A stretch of DNA of 35,506 nucleotides from a virus (IMGVR_UViG_3300046823_000374:1-35506), one strand, 5' to 3'. Positions 7,696-16,373 are shown, counted from the stretch's first letter. Numbers and translations: made by a program. The notes: generated by a model not told the origin, from the sequence alone.

Positions 7696-7721
7696 CCCGG
7701 CAGACGGCCGGGTTTTCTTTT
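7696..7721 (+). terminator. Intrinsic terminator directly after the late promoter
   Basis: CCCGGC-AGACG-GCCGGG-TTTTCTTTT. Confidence 0.8.
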
Positions 7722-7754
7722 GCCCGCATTTGCCTGCATATGCCGGGAGCAGTG

Positions 7755-8225
7755 ATGCCACGTCGTGTCCTTTCCGCGGACGAGATCGAGATCCTCAAGA
7801 ACGCCTTCGCCAATGGTGCGACCATTGACGGGGCGGCGAAAGCGGCGGGCGTCTCGTGGCATACCGCCGAGAAATACGCGGCATTCCGCGATGAATATGC
7901 AGCCTTACGCGACGAAAAACGACAGGAACTGATCGCCCAAACGGCCGCGGACTATGTGCCGCAACTGCTCGCAGGGATCGGCGAATACCTCGCGCATATC
8001 CGCCAGCCTGCGGTGATCGCTGAGACCGACGCCCGTGCGGCGATCATCGTCATCGCCACGGCGATCGATAAGGTCCTCCTGTTGACCGGTCAAGCGACGG
8101 AGCGTAGCGAGCATGTCCACAGTGATGACGCCCGGACGCGACTGGCTGCGCGCATTGACGAGATTGCCGCCCGACGCCAGGCGCGAGGCGATGATCGCGA
8201 CCGCGCTGACGGAAGCGGAGGCTGA
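7755..8225 (+). CDS. terS: Terminase small subunit (putative)
   Basis: N-terminal HTH (GATIDGAAKAAGVSWHTAEKY); DKVLLLTGQATERSE; lies directly before terL. Confidence 0.75.
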   Translation: MPRRVLSADEIEILKNAFANGATIDGAAKAAGVSWHTAEKYAAFRDEYAALRDEKRQELIAQTAADYVPQLLAGIGEYLAHIRQPAVIAETDARAAIIVIATAIDKVLLLTGQATERSEHVHSDDARTRLAARIDEIAARRQARGDDRDRADGSGG

Positions 8226-9441
8226 AGACCTCCTGTACGACTGGGCCGCCTACGCCCGTACCGAACAACTGGCGCCGCCCGGCGACTGGCAGGGCTGGCT
8301 GATCATGGCGGGCCGGGGTTTCGGGAAGACCCGCGCCGGCGCGGAGTGGACACGGCAGAGCGCACAGCACTTCCGGCTCGTCAACATCATCGGCGCCACC
8401 GCCGACGACGCGCGGGACATCATGATCGAGGGCGAGAGTGGCATTCTGGCGATCTGCCCGTCCAGCGAGCGCCCGCTCTACCGGAAATCGGCCCGGTCAC
8501 TGGAATGGCCCAATGGGGCCAGAACGCTCATCTTTACCGCCGACGAACCCGACCGGCTCCGCGGGAAGCAGCACGAACGACTCTGGGGCGATGAACTCGG
8601 CGCCTGGCGGTATCCGGAAGCGTGGACGCAGGCGATGCTCGGCCTCCGTCTCGGTCCTGACCCGCGCTGGTGCGGCACGACAACGCCGAAGCCCACCGCG
8701 CTCATTCGCGCACTGGTGGCCGATCCGACCGTCCGGGTCACCCACGGCACGAGTTATGACAACCGCGACAACCTCGCGGCCGCCTTCTTCGCCACGATCA
8801 TTCGCCGCTATGAGGGCACGCGCCTCGGCGAACAGGAGCTGGCCGGGCGCTTGTTGACGGACGTCGTTGGCGCTCTTTGGACGTATGACTCGTTCCAGCG
8901 CCGGCGCAGAAGTGACGACTACACCCGCGTCGTCGTCGCCATCGACCCCGCCACGAGCGCGAATGAGGGTTCGGCCGAGACGGGCATCATCGTGGCGGGG
9001 AAGCGGCCCGATGGCACGTATGACGTGATCGCGGACCGGTCGTGCAAGGCGTCTCCGGATGGCTGGGCACGACGGGCGATCGCTGCATTCGATGAGTTTG
9101 CGGCCGACCGGATCGTTGCCGAGGTCAACAACGGCGGTGACATGGTCGAGGACACGCTGCGGACACGCCGGCGTGACATCGCCTATACGAAGGTCCACGC
9201 CTCGCGCGGGAAGGCGATCCGTGCCGCCCCGATCGCGGCACTCTATGAGCAACGGCGCGTCTGGCACATCGATACCCGCGATGATTTGCGTGCGAACGTC
9301 TTCGCGGCACTCGAGGACCAGCTTGTGACCTGGACCCCGGAGAGCGGCACGAGCCCCGACCGCCTGGACGCGGCGGTGTGGGCGCTGACGGAACTCAGTG
9401 GCAGCGACATGCATGAGATTACCTTCGCCCTCCCGCCGTAA
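8113..9441 (+). CDS. terL: Terminase large subunit
   Basis: Walker A GRGFGKT, Walker B WGDE, TTTP coupling motif, nuclease AIDPA and SPDRLDA. Alternative start at ATG 8191. Confidence 0.97.
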   Translation: MSTVMTPGRDWLRALTRLPPDARREAMIATALTEAEAEDLLYDWAAYARTEQLAPPGDWQGWLIMAGRGFGKTRAGAEWTRQSAQHFRLVNIIGATADDARDIMIEGESGILAICPSSERPLYRKSARSLEWPNGARTLIFTADEPDRLRGKQHERLWGDELGAWRYPEAWTQAMLGLRLGPDPRWCGTTTPKPTALIRALVADPTVRVTHGTSYDNRDNLAAAFFATIIRRYEGTRLGEQELAGRLLTDVVGALWTYDSFQRRRRSDDYTRVVVAIDPATSANEGSAETGIIVAGKRPDGTYDVIADRSCKASPDGWARRAIAAFDEFAADRIVAEVNNGGDMVEDTLRTRRRDIAYTKVHASRGKAIRAAPIAALYEQRRVWHIDTRDDLRANVFAALEDQLVTWTPESGTSPDRLDAAVWALTELSGSDMHEITFALPP

Positions 9442-9444
9442 AGG

Positions 9445-10899
9445 ATGCTGAGGATGCCAGAAAAGCGTAAGGGCATTCTCCAGCGCTTCCTTTTCGGCGA
9501 CTTTCCGGAGCCGGAAGCAAAGGCTGCGCCTCTTGCGCCGGCGGTGCCCTTCGCGAACACGGGATGGTACGGGTCGTTCACCACCGGCGGGCAGATGACG
9601 GGCGGTTCGCTGCCTGTCACGTTCCCCGGTTCACGGGTCAACTATCAGCAGTCCGTCGGCGACCTGGAGATGTCGTCGGCAATCATGGCCTGCGTCCAGT
9701 ACGTCCAGCGCGTGTTCCCCGAAGCGCCGCCGCGGGTGATCGTGCGCACCGATGCTGGCGATGAGGTGCTCGATGACCACCCGGTGACGGCACTGATCGA
9801 CGAGCCGAACCCGTACATGTCGTGGGAGACGGTCTCGCAGGCGCTGCTCGCGGACTACAACGTCCACGGGAACGCCTACCTGCTGAAGTTCCGCAACGGC
9901 GCCGGCATCCCGGCGGAACTGTGGTGGGAACCACAGCTCTCGATCCGCCCGACGTGGGACAGCGCCGGCCAGGACTTCCTCACCGGCTATCAACTCTGGC
10001 GCACGGGCAAATGGTATCCGCTGCCAACCGCCGACGTCATCCACTTTCGCTGGTCACAAGACCCACGCAATCCCCGGATGGGTCTGTCGCCACTGCGCTC
10101 CGCGCTCCGACTCATCTTCAACGATCAGGAGGCGGAAGCCTACTGCGCGGCCTTGCTGCACAACATGGGATCACCCGGCGCGATCATCTCGCCGTCGGGC
10201 GACAAGGTGATCAGCAACGACGAAGCCCAGGCGCTCATGACCTACTTCAACTCGCGCTTCACGGGTGATGGCCGGGGCTCGACGATGGTAGCGACGGGCG
10301 GCCTGCAGGTGGCGATGCCGTCGTGGAACCCGAAGGACCTCGATCTGACGAACATCCACCACTTCAGTGAGGCGCGGATCTCCGGGCTGATGGGCGTCGC
10401 GGCGATCGTCGCCGGGCTGTCCGTGGGACTCGAGCACGCAACGTACGCGAACTACCAGGCCGCCCGCGAAGCAACCTACGACGGAAACATTATGCCGACG
10501 TATGCATCGTTCGCGGACACCTTGACCCGTGCGTTGCTCCGTGATGACTTCAACGGTCCGCAGGATCAGTACGTTGCGTTCGACACCAGCAATGTGCGAG
10601 CCCTCCAGGAGGATGCCACGGCCGTCGCCGACCGGGCGACCAAGCTCTTCTTCGGCGGCATCATCGACCGTGCAGCGGCGCTCCGGATGGTTGACCTGGA
10701 ATCGCGTCCCGAAGATGAGGGCATCTATCTGCTGGCGCGGGGAGCGAGCTTCAGTGACGGCTCGATTGCCCAGCCGGTGCGGGCAAGCACGGTGCCAGTG
10801 AACACGGAACCAGGTGCGCCTGCGGCGCCACCGGCGCCCACGACGAATGGGTCCAGTACGACGCCCGTACCGGCGCTTGGAAAGGGGTTTGCCGAGTAA
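9445..10899 (+). CDS. Portal protein (HK97 family)
   Basis: HPVTALIDEPNPYM, GNAYLLK, DVIHFR, GLSPLRSA, ATYANYQAA motifs. Confidence 0.95.
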   Translation: MLRMPEKRKGILQRFLFGDFPEPEAKAAPLAPAVPFANTGWYGSFTTGGQMTGGSLPVTFPGSRVNYQQSVGDLEMSSAIMACVQYVQRVFPEAPPRVIVRTDAGDEVLDDHPVTALIDEPNPYMSWETVSQALLADYNVHGNAYLLKFRNGAGIPAELWWEPQLSIRPTWDSAGQDFLTGYQLWRTGKWYPLPTADVIHFRWSQDPRNPRMGLSPLRSALRLIFNDQEAEAYCAALLHNMGSPGAIISPSGDKVISNDEAQALMTYFNSRFTGDGRGSTMVATGGLQVAMPSWNPKDLDLTNIHHFSEARISGLMGVAAIVAGLSVGLEHATYANYQAAREATYDGNIMPTYASFADTLTRALLRDDFNGPQDQYVAFDTSNVRALQEDATAVADRATKLFFGGIIDRAAALRMVDLESRPEDEGIYLLARGASFSDGSIAQPVRASTVPVNTEPGAPAAPPAPTTNGSSTTPVPALGKGFAE

Positions 10900-10934
10900 C
10901 GTGTAGTGCGTTCACATGCAAACCCCTTTCCAAG
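10876..10934. repeat. Dispersed palindromic element, copy 3
   Basis: CTTGGAAAGGGGTTTGC-N25-GCAAACCCCTTTCCAAG (perfect 17-bp arms). Confidence 0.9.
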
Positions 10935-10951
10935 GCGTCAAGGAGTCAGCC

Positions 10952-11116
10952 ATGACACTCACCGTCGTACTGGTCCTCCTGCTGATCGCCGCCATCATCT
11001 TCGGCTTGGATTTCCTCCTCGGCTTCACGGGCGTTGAGTACGGGCGTTGGCGCGTGCAATCGCTGGCCTGGTTCCTCGTGGTGCTCGCGCTCCTTCTCTG
11101 GCACGGAGGCAAATGA
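10952..11116 (+). CDS. Small two-TM membrane protein
   Basis: AAGGAG RBS; 54 aa with two hydrophobic segments; ATGA-coupled to the protease gene. Confidence 0.75.
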   Translation: MTLTVVLVLLLIAAIIFGLDFLLGFTGVEYGRWRVQSLAWFLVVLALLLWHGGK

Positions 11117-12534
11117 TGAGCAAGTGGGGCAGCGCGACGCCGAAGGAACGCGAGGCCGCGCCGCCGTCCATCTTCTGCGGCGAAAACCGTTCTTTCCCGA
11201 TAGCGGATAAAGCCGACTTCGATAACGCGGTCCACGCGCTGGGTCGGGCCGGCGGGGATACCGGGAAGATCCGGGCGTGCATGATCCGCAAAGCAAAGGC
11301 GAATGGCTGGGCGCTCCCCGACGCGTGGAAGCCCGTCAAGAAGGACTCCGGCATGAATGACACGCTCGTGATGTTCGGTGGCGCCGTGAAAGCCCTGGGC
11401 GATGACCGCGTCGGTGGGTATCTCGTCACCTACTCCGATGCCGCCAGCCCAGACCTGACGGGCGAGTTCTTCACGAAAGACACCGACTACGATCTCGCGG
11501 ACGGCGACTCGCGCTCGGTCTATTACGCGCACGGCCTGGACGACCGGATGGGCGTCAAGAAGATCGGCCGCTTCACTGCCAAGACGGACGCGATCGGCAT
11601 CTGGGTTGAGGCACAGCTGAACCTGCGTGACGAATACGAGAAAGCGATCCTTGACCTGGCCGCGAAAGGAAAGCTCGGCTGGTCGTCGGGTGCGCCGGCG
11701 CATCTCGTCACCCGCAAGGCGGTGGAGACGAAGGACGGCGCGACGGTCCGCGAGATCACCCACTGGCCGATTGCCGAGGGATCGCTCACACCGTGCCCGG
11801 CGGAGCCCCGCAACGGCGCCGTGGCGATGAAATCCTTACCCGCGCTGCTCGGTCTTGAACCGCGCAGACATGTGAAAGCCCTCCCATCCGGCATGTCCTA
11901 TGACGATCTCCGCACGCTCCTCCAGGACGAACTCAACGAGGACTTTCCCGACGATGACGATGATCCCGCCAGCTGGAATCGTGGCCTGTGGATTCGTGAT
12001 GTCTACGATGATGCCGTGGTCTATGCCGACGAGGAGGATCTTTTCCGTCGCACCTATCAGGTGACCGCGGGCAATGACATCGTCTGGGGGCCGGAAGAGA
12101 GCGTCGTGCGCGTGACTACCTACGTCACTGCCACGGACGTTGACGACGCCGGCGAGGGCGACGGCGGCGATCTGACCATGACCATGCCGAAGGGTCTCAA
12201 CCACGGCGTCGCGCCTGCTGCGATGCCGTTTGAGAAGCACCTCGCATCCGCGCTTGCTGCGGTGGACGGTGTGATCCAACGCGGGTTCGCGATCAACGAA
12301 CTCCGCATCAAGTCCGGGCGTGTGTTCTCCGCAGTGAATCGGAAGAAGCTCCAGGAGATGCACACCCAGATGCAAACGGCACACGCCGCGATGGGGACGC
12401 ACATCGCCACGATGCAGGCGCTCCTCAACGACACCGAACCACCGGCGAAGAAGCACGCCGCGGTCGAGCAAATCTACCTGCGCATGCTCGCACGCGAGGC
12501 AGAAGCCCTCGGCGTTGCCATCTCCGCCTCATGA
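11113..12534 (+). CDS. Prohead maturation protease with extra N- and C-terminal domains
   Basis: GGYLVTY, DLTGEFF, YYAHG, GIWVEAQL, GWSSG, EGSLTPCPAEPRN (HK97-type protease); lies between portal and capsid. Confidence 0.85.
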   Translation: MMSKWGSATPKEREAAPPSIFCGENRSFPIADKADFDNAVHALGRAGGDTGKIRACMIRKAKANGWALPDAWKPVKKDSGMNDTLVMFGGAVKALGDDRVGGYLVTYSDAASPDLTGEFFTKDTDYDLADGDSRSVYYAHGLDDRMGVKKIGRFTAKTDAIGIWVEAQLNLRDEYEKAILDLAAKGKLGWSSGAPAHLVTRKAVETKDGATVREITHWPIAEGSLTPCPAEPRNGAVAMKSLPALLGLEPRRHVKALPSGMSYDDLRTLLQDELNEDFPDDDDDPASWNRGLWIRDVYDDAVVYADEEDLFRRTYQVTAGNDIVWGPEESVVRVTTYVTATDVDDAGEGDGGDLTMTMPKGLNHGVAPAAMPFEKHLASALAAVDGVIQRGFAINELRIKSGRVFSAVNRKKLQEMHTQMQTAHAAMGTHIATMQALLNDTEPPAKKHAAVEQIYLRMLAREAEALGVAISAS

Positions 12535-12549
12535 CGAAAGGGAACCGCG

Positions 12550-13806
12550 ATGCCGACCTTGCTTGAACTGGGCCGCGAACTGGAGCAGAAGCGCGGCGAG
12601 ATGAAGAAGTTCTTTGACGATCACCGCAAAGTCATCAATGGCTCCGTCGAGTACGACATGACCGCCGAAGAGACCGCGGAAGTCCGCCGGCGTGAGGCGG
12701 AACTCGCCCCGCTGCATGACGCCTTCAAGGAAGCCGAGCACCTGGCCGCCATCGACCGCGACAATCAGAAGGCCGTCGACGATCTCGGGCGCATCGTCCG
12801 TCCCGTGCCATTCGGCGCCGGCGGCGAAGGCGCGGAACCGGGGAACACGCCAGCCACAAAGTCGCTCGGTGAGCGGTTCGTGAACAGCGAGGCATACAAG
12901 ACGTGGAAGCACCGCGGCGGCCAGCAAGTCGCGTTTTTCGAGGCGCCGGAGCAACTCGGCTTCGCGGGCAAGACGACGTTCACGACGGCCGTCTCCACGC
13001 TGACTGAGTATGACCGGCAGCCCGGCATGATCATGCTCGGGCAGCAGGCGCTCACCATTGCCGATCTGATCGCGCAGGGTGAGACCACGATGAACACGAT
13101 TCGCTATGTCCGTGAAGACACCTACACCAATGCGGCCACCACCGTCGCTGAGGGGAATACGAAGCCGGAAGCAGCCTTCGACACCTCCGAGGTGGACGCG
13201 CCCGTGCGCAAGATCGCCGTGACCGCGAAGGTTACCGACGAGATGTTCGCGGACTTCCCCGTCATCCGCGACTACGTCGATAACCGCATCCGCTTCATGG
13301 TCGGGCAGCAGGAGGAGGCGCAGATCCTCCTCGGGAACGGCACCCCGCCGAACATCCAGGGCATCGAGACGACCTCGGGCATTCAAACGCAAGCCCTCGG
13401 CACCGATCCGATTCCCGACGCCGTCTTCAAGGCGATCACCAAGATCGCGGCCGTCGGGTTCTTCCAGGCCGATGGGGTTGTCTTCAATCCGCTCGACTGG
13501 CAGAACGTCAAGTTGCTCAAGACCGCGGACGGGATCTACATCTGGGGTCATCCCGCCGACGCCGGTCCGAATCGTCTCTGGGGCTTGCCGGTGGTCGCCA
13601 CCGTCGCGCAGACCCAGCACACGGCCTTCGTTGGCGCCTTCAAACTGGGCGCGCAGGTCTTCCGTCGCCAGGGCATCACCGTCGAGACGACGAACTCGAA
13701 CGTGGACGATTTCGTGAAAAATCTGATAACAATCAGGGCAGAAGAGAGACTTGCTCTGGCAGTATATAGGCCGCTCGCGTTCTGTACGGTGACAGGTCTT
13801 CCCTAG
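12550..13806 (+). CDS. Major capsid protein (HK97 fold, N-terminal delta domain)
   Basis: VAEGNTKPE, VRKIA, QILLGNGT, LWGLPVV, FVKNLITIRAEERLALAVYRPLAF. Confidence 0.97.
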   Translation: MPTLLELGRELEQKRGEMKKFFDDHRKVINGSVEYDMTAEETAEVRRREAELAPLHDAFKEAEHLAAIDRDNQKAVDDLGRIVRPVPFGAGGEGAEPGNTPATKSLGERFVNSEAYKTWKHRGGQQVAFFEAPEQLGFAGKTTFTTAVSTLTEYDRQPGMIMLGQQALTIADLIAQGETTMNTIRYVREDTYTNAATTVAEGNTKPEAAFDTSEVDAPVRKIAVTAKVTDEMFADFPVIRDYVDNRIRFMVGQQEEAQILLGNGTPPNIQGIETTSGIQTQALGTDPIPDAVFKAITKIAAVGFFQADGVVFNPLDWQNVKLLKTADGIYIWGHPADAGPNRLWGLPVVATVAQTQHTAFVGAFKLGAQVFRRQGITVETTNSNVDDFVKNLITIRAEERLALAVYRPLAFCTVTGLP

Positions 13807-13852
13807 TTAGTTGTGCGATACTAAGCAGCTCATCTCCTGAAAGGAGCGTTGC

Positions 13853-14098
13853 ATGTCCTATATGCCTGCCAATGCGCCGAACACGCAGCCCGGATCGCGC
13901 CAGCGCATGAGCGCGAAGACGACCGGCGCCGGCGTTGCGGACTTCACCGCGGCGGGTGCGCCGGCCGCCAATGCGCTCGCGGGTACGTGTGCCGTTGGTG
14001 ACCGGTATACCGACACGACCGGGGGGAAGCTCTATATTTGCACAGCCACAAACGGCACGACGACGTCCACGTGGGTAAGCGTAGGATCGCAGACGTGA
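13853..14098 (+). CDS. Small virion protein, possible capsid decoration
   Basis: AAAGGAG RBS; GAP...GDRYTDTTGGKLYI...W motif; follows the capsid gene. Confidence 0.65.
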   Translation: MSYMPANAPNTQPGSRQRMSAKTTGAGVADFTAAGAPAANALAGTCAVGDRYTDTTGGKLYICTATNGTTTSTWVSVGSQT

Positions 14099-14211
14099 GT
14101 CCCCGCCTTTGGCACGGGCCCGCGTCTAGCGTCCGCGACCCACTCGGGAAACATGAGCAATCGCGAACTGGCGGGTCGGTGACGATCCGCCAGACTACCC
14201 AGGAGACACCG

Positions 14212-14445
14212 ATGTACACGTCTGAAACCGCGGTGTATGCGAATAGCGACGGAGAAGTCGTCCCTGAGGATAGCCCCGACGCCGCGTACCTCGTCGTTGC
14301 CGCTGGCGGCACAATCACGGACGAGGAGGCTGCCAAGTACGGCCTGACCGATGACGGCGCGGCAAAGCGGAAAAGCGATGACGCTCCGGCCGATGCGCCC
14401 GCTGACGCCCCCGGATCCGCGGGCCCAAAGACCACGAAGAAATAG
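14212..14445 (+). CDS. Small head-region protein
   Basis: AGGAG RBS; 77 aa; acidic with a PKTTKK tail. Confidence 0.7.
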   Translation: MYTSETAVYANSDGEVVPEDSPDAAYLVVAAGGTITDEEAAKYGLTDDGAAKRKSDDAPADAPADAPGSAGPKTTKK

Positions 14446-14454
14446 GACAGCCGC

Positions 14455-14988
14455 ATGAGCGTGCCCACCGACATCCACGACGCCGTCGCCGCCCTGGTCG
14501 AGCCGACCATCGATCCGGTCCTCACCGATGCGGAGATCGACGCGGCGATCCTGCGGACGATGGGCTTTCGCACGTGGGAGCCGGCGACGACGTATCCCGC
14601 GGGCATCCTCGTCACGCCCACGATGCCGAATGGCTGGGCCTACGCGCCCATCAGCCATTCCGGCTGGAGCGATTGGGACTCGGGATACACGGCGGGTGTG
14701 CTGCCCGGTGTCTCGGGTGATACGGAGCCGGTCTGGGTGGTGCCCGCGACGATCAGCAATCCCGCCGCGTTTGTCGCGGACGGGACGATCACCTGGACGG
14801 CAGCGGTCCCCACCAGTGGCACCTACGATGTGAAGGCGGCCGCCGCGGAATGTTGGCGTGCCAAAGCGCGGAAGGCCGCGAATCGCGTTGACAGCGCCAT
14901 TAGCGGGGCGGTCAGCGCACGCGAGAGCCAACTCGCCGCACAGTGTCTCGAGCAAGCCCAGCGACTGGAGCCCGTGCGCATGTACTGA
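14455..14988 (+). CDS. Head-tail connector (adaptor) with inserted domain
   Basis: DPVLTDAEIDAAI and YDVKAAAAECWRAKA adaptor motifs flank a Trp/Gly-rich insert. Confidence 0.7.
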   Translation: MSVPTDIHDAVAALVEPTIDPVLTDAEIDAAILRTMGFRTWEPATTYPAGILVTPTMPNGWAYAPISHSGWSDWDSGYTAGVLPGVSGDTEPVWVVPATISNPAAFVADGTITWTAAVPTSGTYDVKAAAAECWRAKARKAANRVDSAISGAVSARESQLAAQCLEQAQRLEPVRMY

Positions 14989-15002
14989 CGGAGGGCTGCC
15001 TG

Positions 15003-15371
15003 ATGGTTGTGCCGTACATCCCCGTCGATCGGTGGGAGCGGTTTCGCGCACTCGATGAGCGGGCGATGCCCGACACGGCGCAACTCCAGAGCCCCACGCC
15101 CATTGACGATGGCGCGGGTGGCTCAGAGATCGGCTGGTCCACGACCGCCACGGTGCCCTGCCGCATCGCGGGGCTGACGCAAGGCGACGCGGAGGCGGTG
15201 ATCGCCGATGTGGAAAAGACGGAAACGCTGTACAAGATCACCATCCCCGTCCGTACCACCGTGACGCCCGAGCAGCGCATCCTCGTCGGTGCGCGCCGGT
15301 TCCAGATCCTGACCATTCCGAACGGCACATACGACACCAGCGGCGCGATCATTTGCAAGGAGGTCATCTAG
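15003..15371 (+). CDS. Head closure protein (SPP1 gp16-like)
   Basis: DDGAGG...W.TTATVPCRI...RILVGARRFQIL. Confidence 0.8.
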   Translation: MVVPYIPVDRWERFRALDERAMPDTAQLQSPTPIDDGAGGSEIGWSTTATVPCRIAGLTQGDAEAVIADVEKTETLYKITIPVRTTVTPEQRILVGARRFQILTIPNGTYDTSGAIICKEVI

Positions 15372-15550
15372 TGGCACAGGAGCAGATGGTCATCATCGAG
15401 CACGACGAGTCACACGAGCAGTACGCGGTCACCGTCGAAGATTACGAGCGGGAGAAAGCCGGCGCGTACGCCGGCTACTCGGTCGTCTCAAACGAGGACG
15501 GAACGCCGGTCGACGAGCCCGCCGAGGACGCAGCGAAGGCGGAGGCATAG
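15371..15550 (+). CDS. Small acidic hypothetical protein
   Basis: GGAGG RBS; GTG start overlaps the upstream TAG. Confidence 0.6.
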   Translation: MAQEQMVIIEHDESHEQYAVTVEDYEREKAGAYAGYSVVSNEDGTPVDEPAEDAAKAEA

Positions 15551-15552
15551 CC

Positions 15553-15894
15553 ATGCCGAGCGGCGTGCGCATCGAGGTCATCCGCAACGACTTCGCGAAG
15601 ATCGCCGCGCGCCTGCCCGCGGCCGTTGACCCGATTGTCGCGGAGTCCGCGGCGGCGGTCGAGAATGCCTGGAAGGCGGGCGTCCATGTCCGCACCGGGC
15701 GGTACCGCGACAGCATCCACACGACGCGCACGGGCGCTGGCGCCTACACCGTGACGACGGATGTCGAGTACGCGGTCTATCAGGAGTTCGGCACGCGGCG
15801 CATGGCGGCACACCCGGCGATGGTGCCGGCGGTGGAACGGGAGCAGCAGCGCTTCATCGGCCGCCTCTCGCACCTTGAGAGCGGGTTGCAATAG
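15553..15894 (+). CDS. HK97 gp10-like neck/tail-completion protein
   Basis: VRTGRYRDSI, EYAVYQEFGTRRMAAHPAMVPAVE. Confidence 0.9.
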   Translation: MPSGVRIEVIRNDFAKIAARLPAAVDPIVAESAAAVENAWKAGVHVRTGRYRDSIHTTRTGAGAYTVTTDVEYAVYQEFGTRRMAAHPAMVPAVEREQQRFIGRLSHLESGLQ

Positions 15895-16310
15895 TGGCGA
15901 CTATCGTCACGGCCGAGAAGTGGATTGCCAGCACGCTCAAGGGCGATTCCGTCTATATGGGCGCGAGTCCGGGTGGCGTCTATCGCGTCCAAGCGCCGCA
16001 GAGCTCCGTCTTGCCGGCAACCGTCTTCCAGAACCAGGGCGGCGGGTCCGTCAGCGTCTCCGAGGTCGCCGGCGTGCGCATCATGGCGAACGCACTCTAT
16101 CTCATCAAGCTCATCGACGCGAAAAACTCCATCGTCGCGCTTGAGGCGGGCGCGAACCGGATGTATACGCTCCTGCACCGCAAGAGCGCCACGGTCGCGG
16201 GCGGGTTGGTCCTTTCGTCCGTGCAGGAAAACGAATACGTGCAGTTCTACGAGGACGGGGACCAGGACTTCGTGGAACTCGGACACATGTTTCGCCTCCT
16301 CCTCCAATAG
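15894..16310 (+). CDS. Tail terminator protein (putative)
   Basis: Position before the tail tube; GVYRVQAPQ...P..VF pattern. Confidence 0.65.
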   Translation: MATIVTAEKWIASTLKGDSVYMGASPGGVYRVQAPQSSVLPATVFQNQGGGSVSVSEVAGVRIMANALYLIKLIDAKNSIVALEAGANRMYTLLHRKSATVAGGLVLSSVQENEYVQFYEDGDQDFVELGHMFRLLLQ

Positions 16311-16373
16311 TCCGATGGCTCACATTCGTCTTGCCCGCGTCTGCGGGGTAGTTGCTTTGCAAGGAGAACGCAG

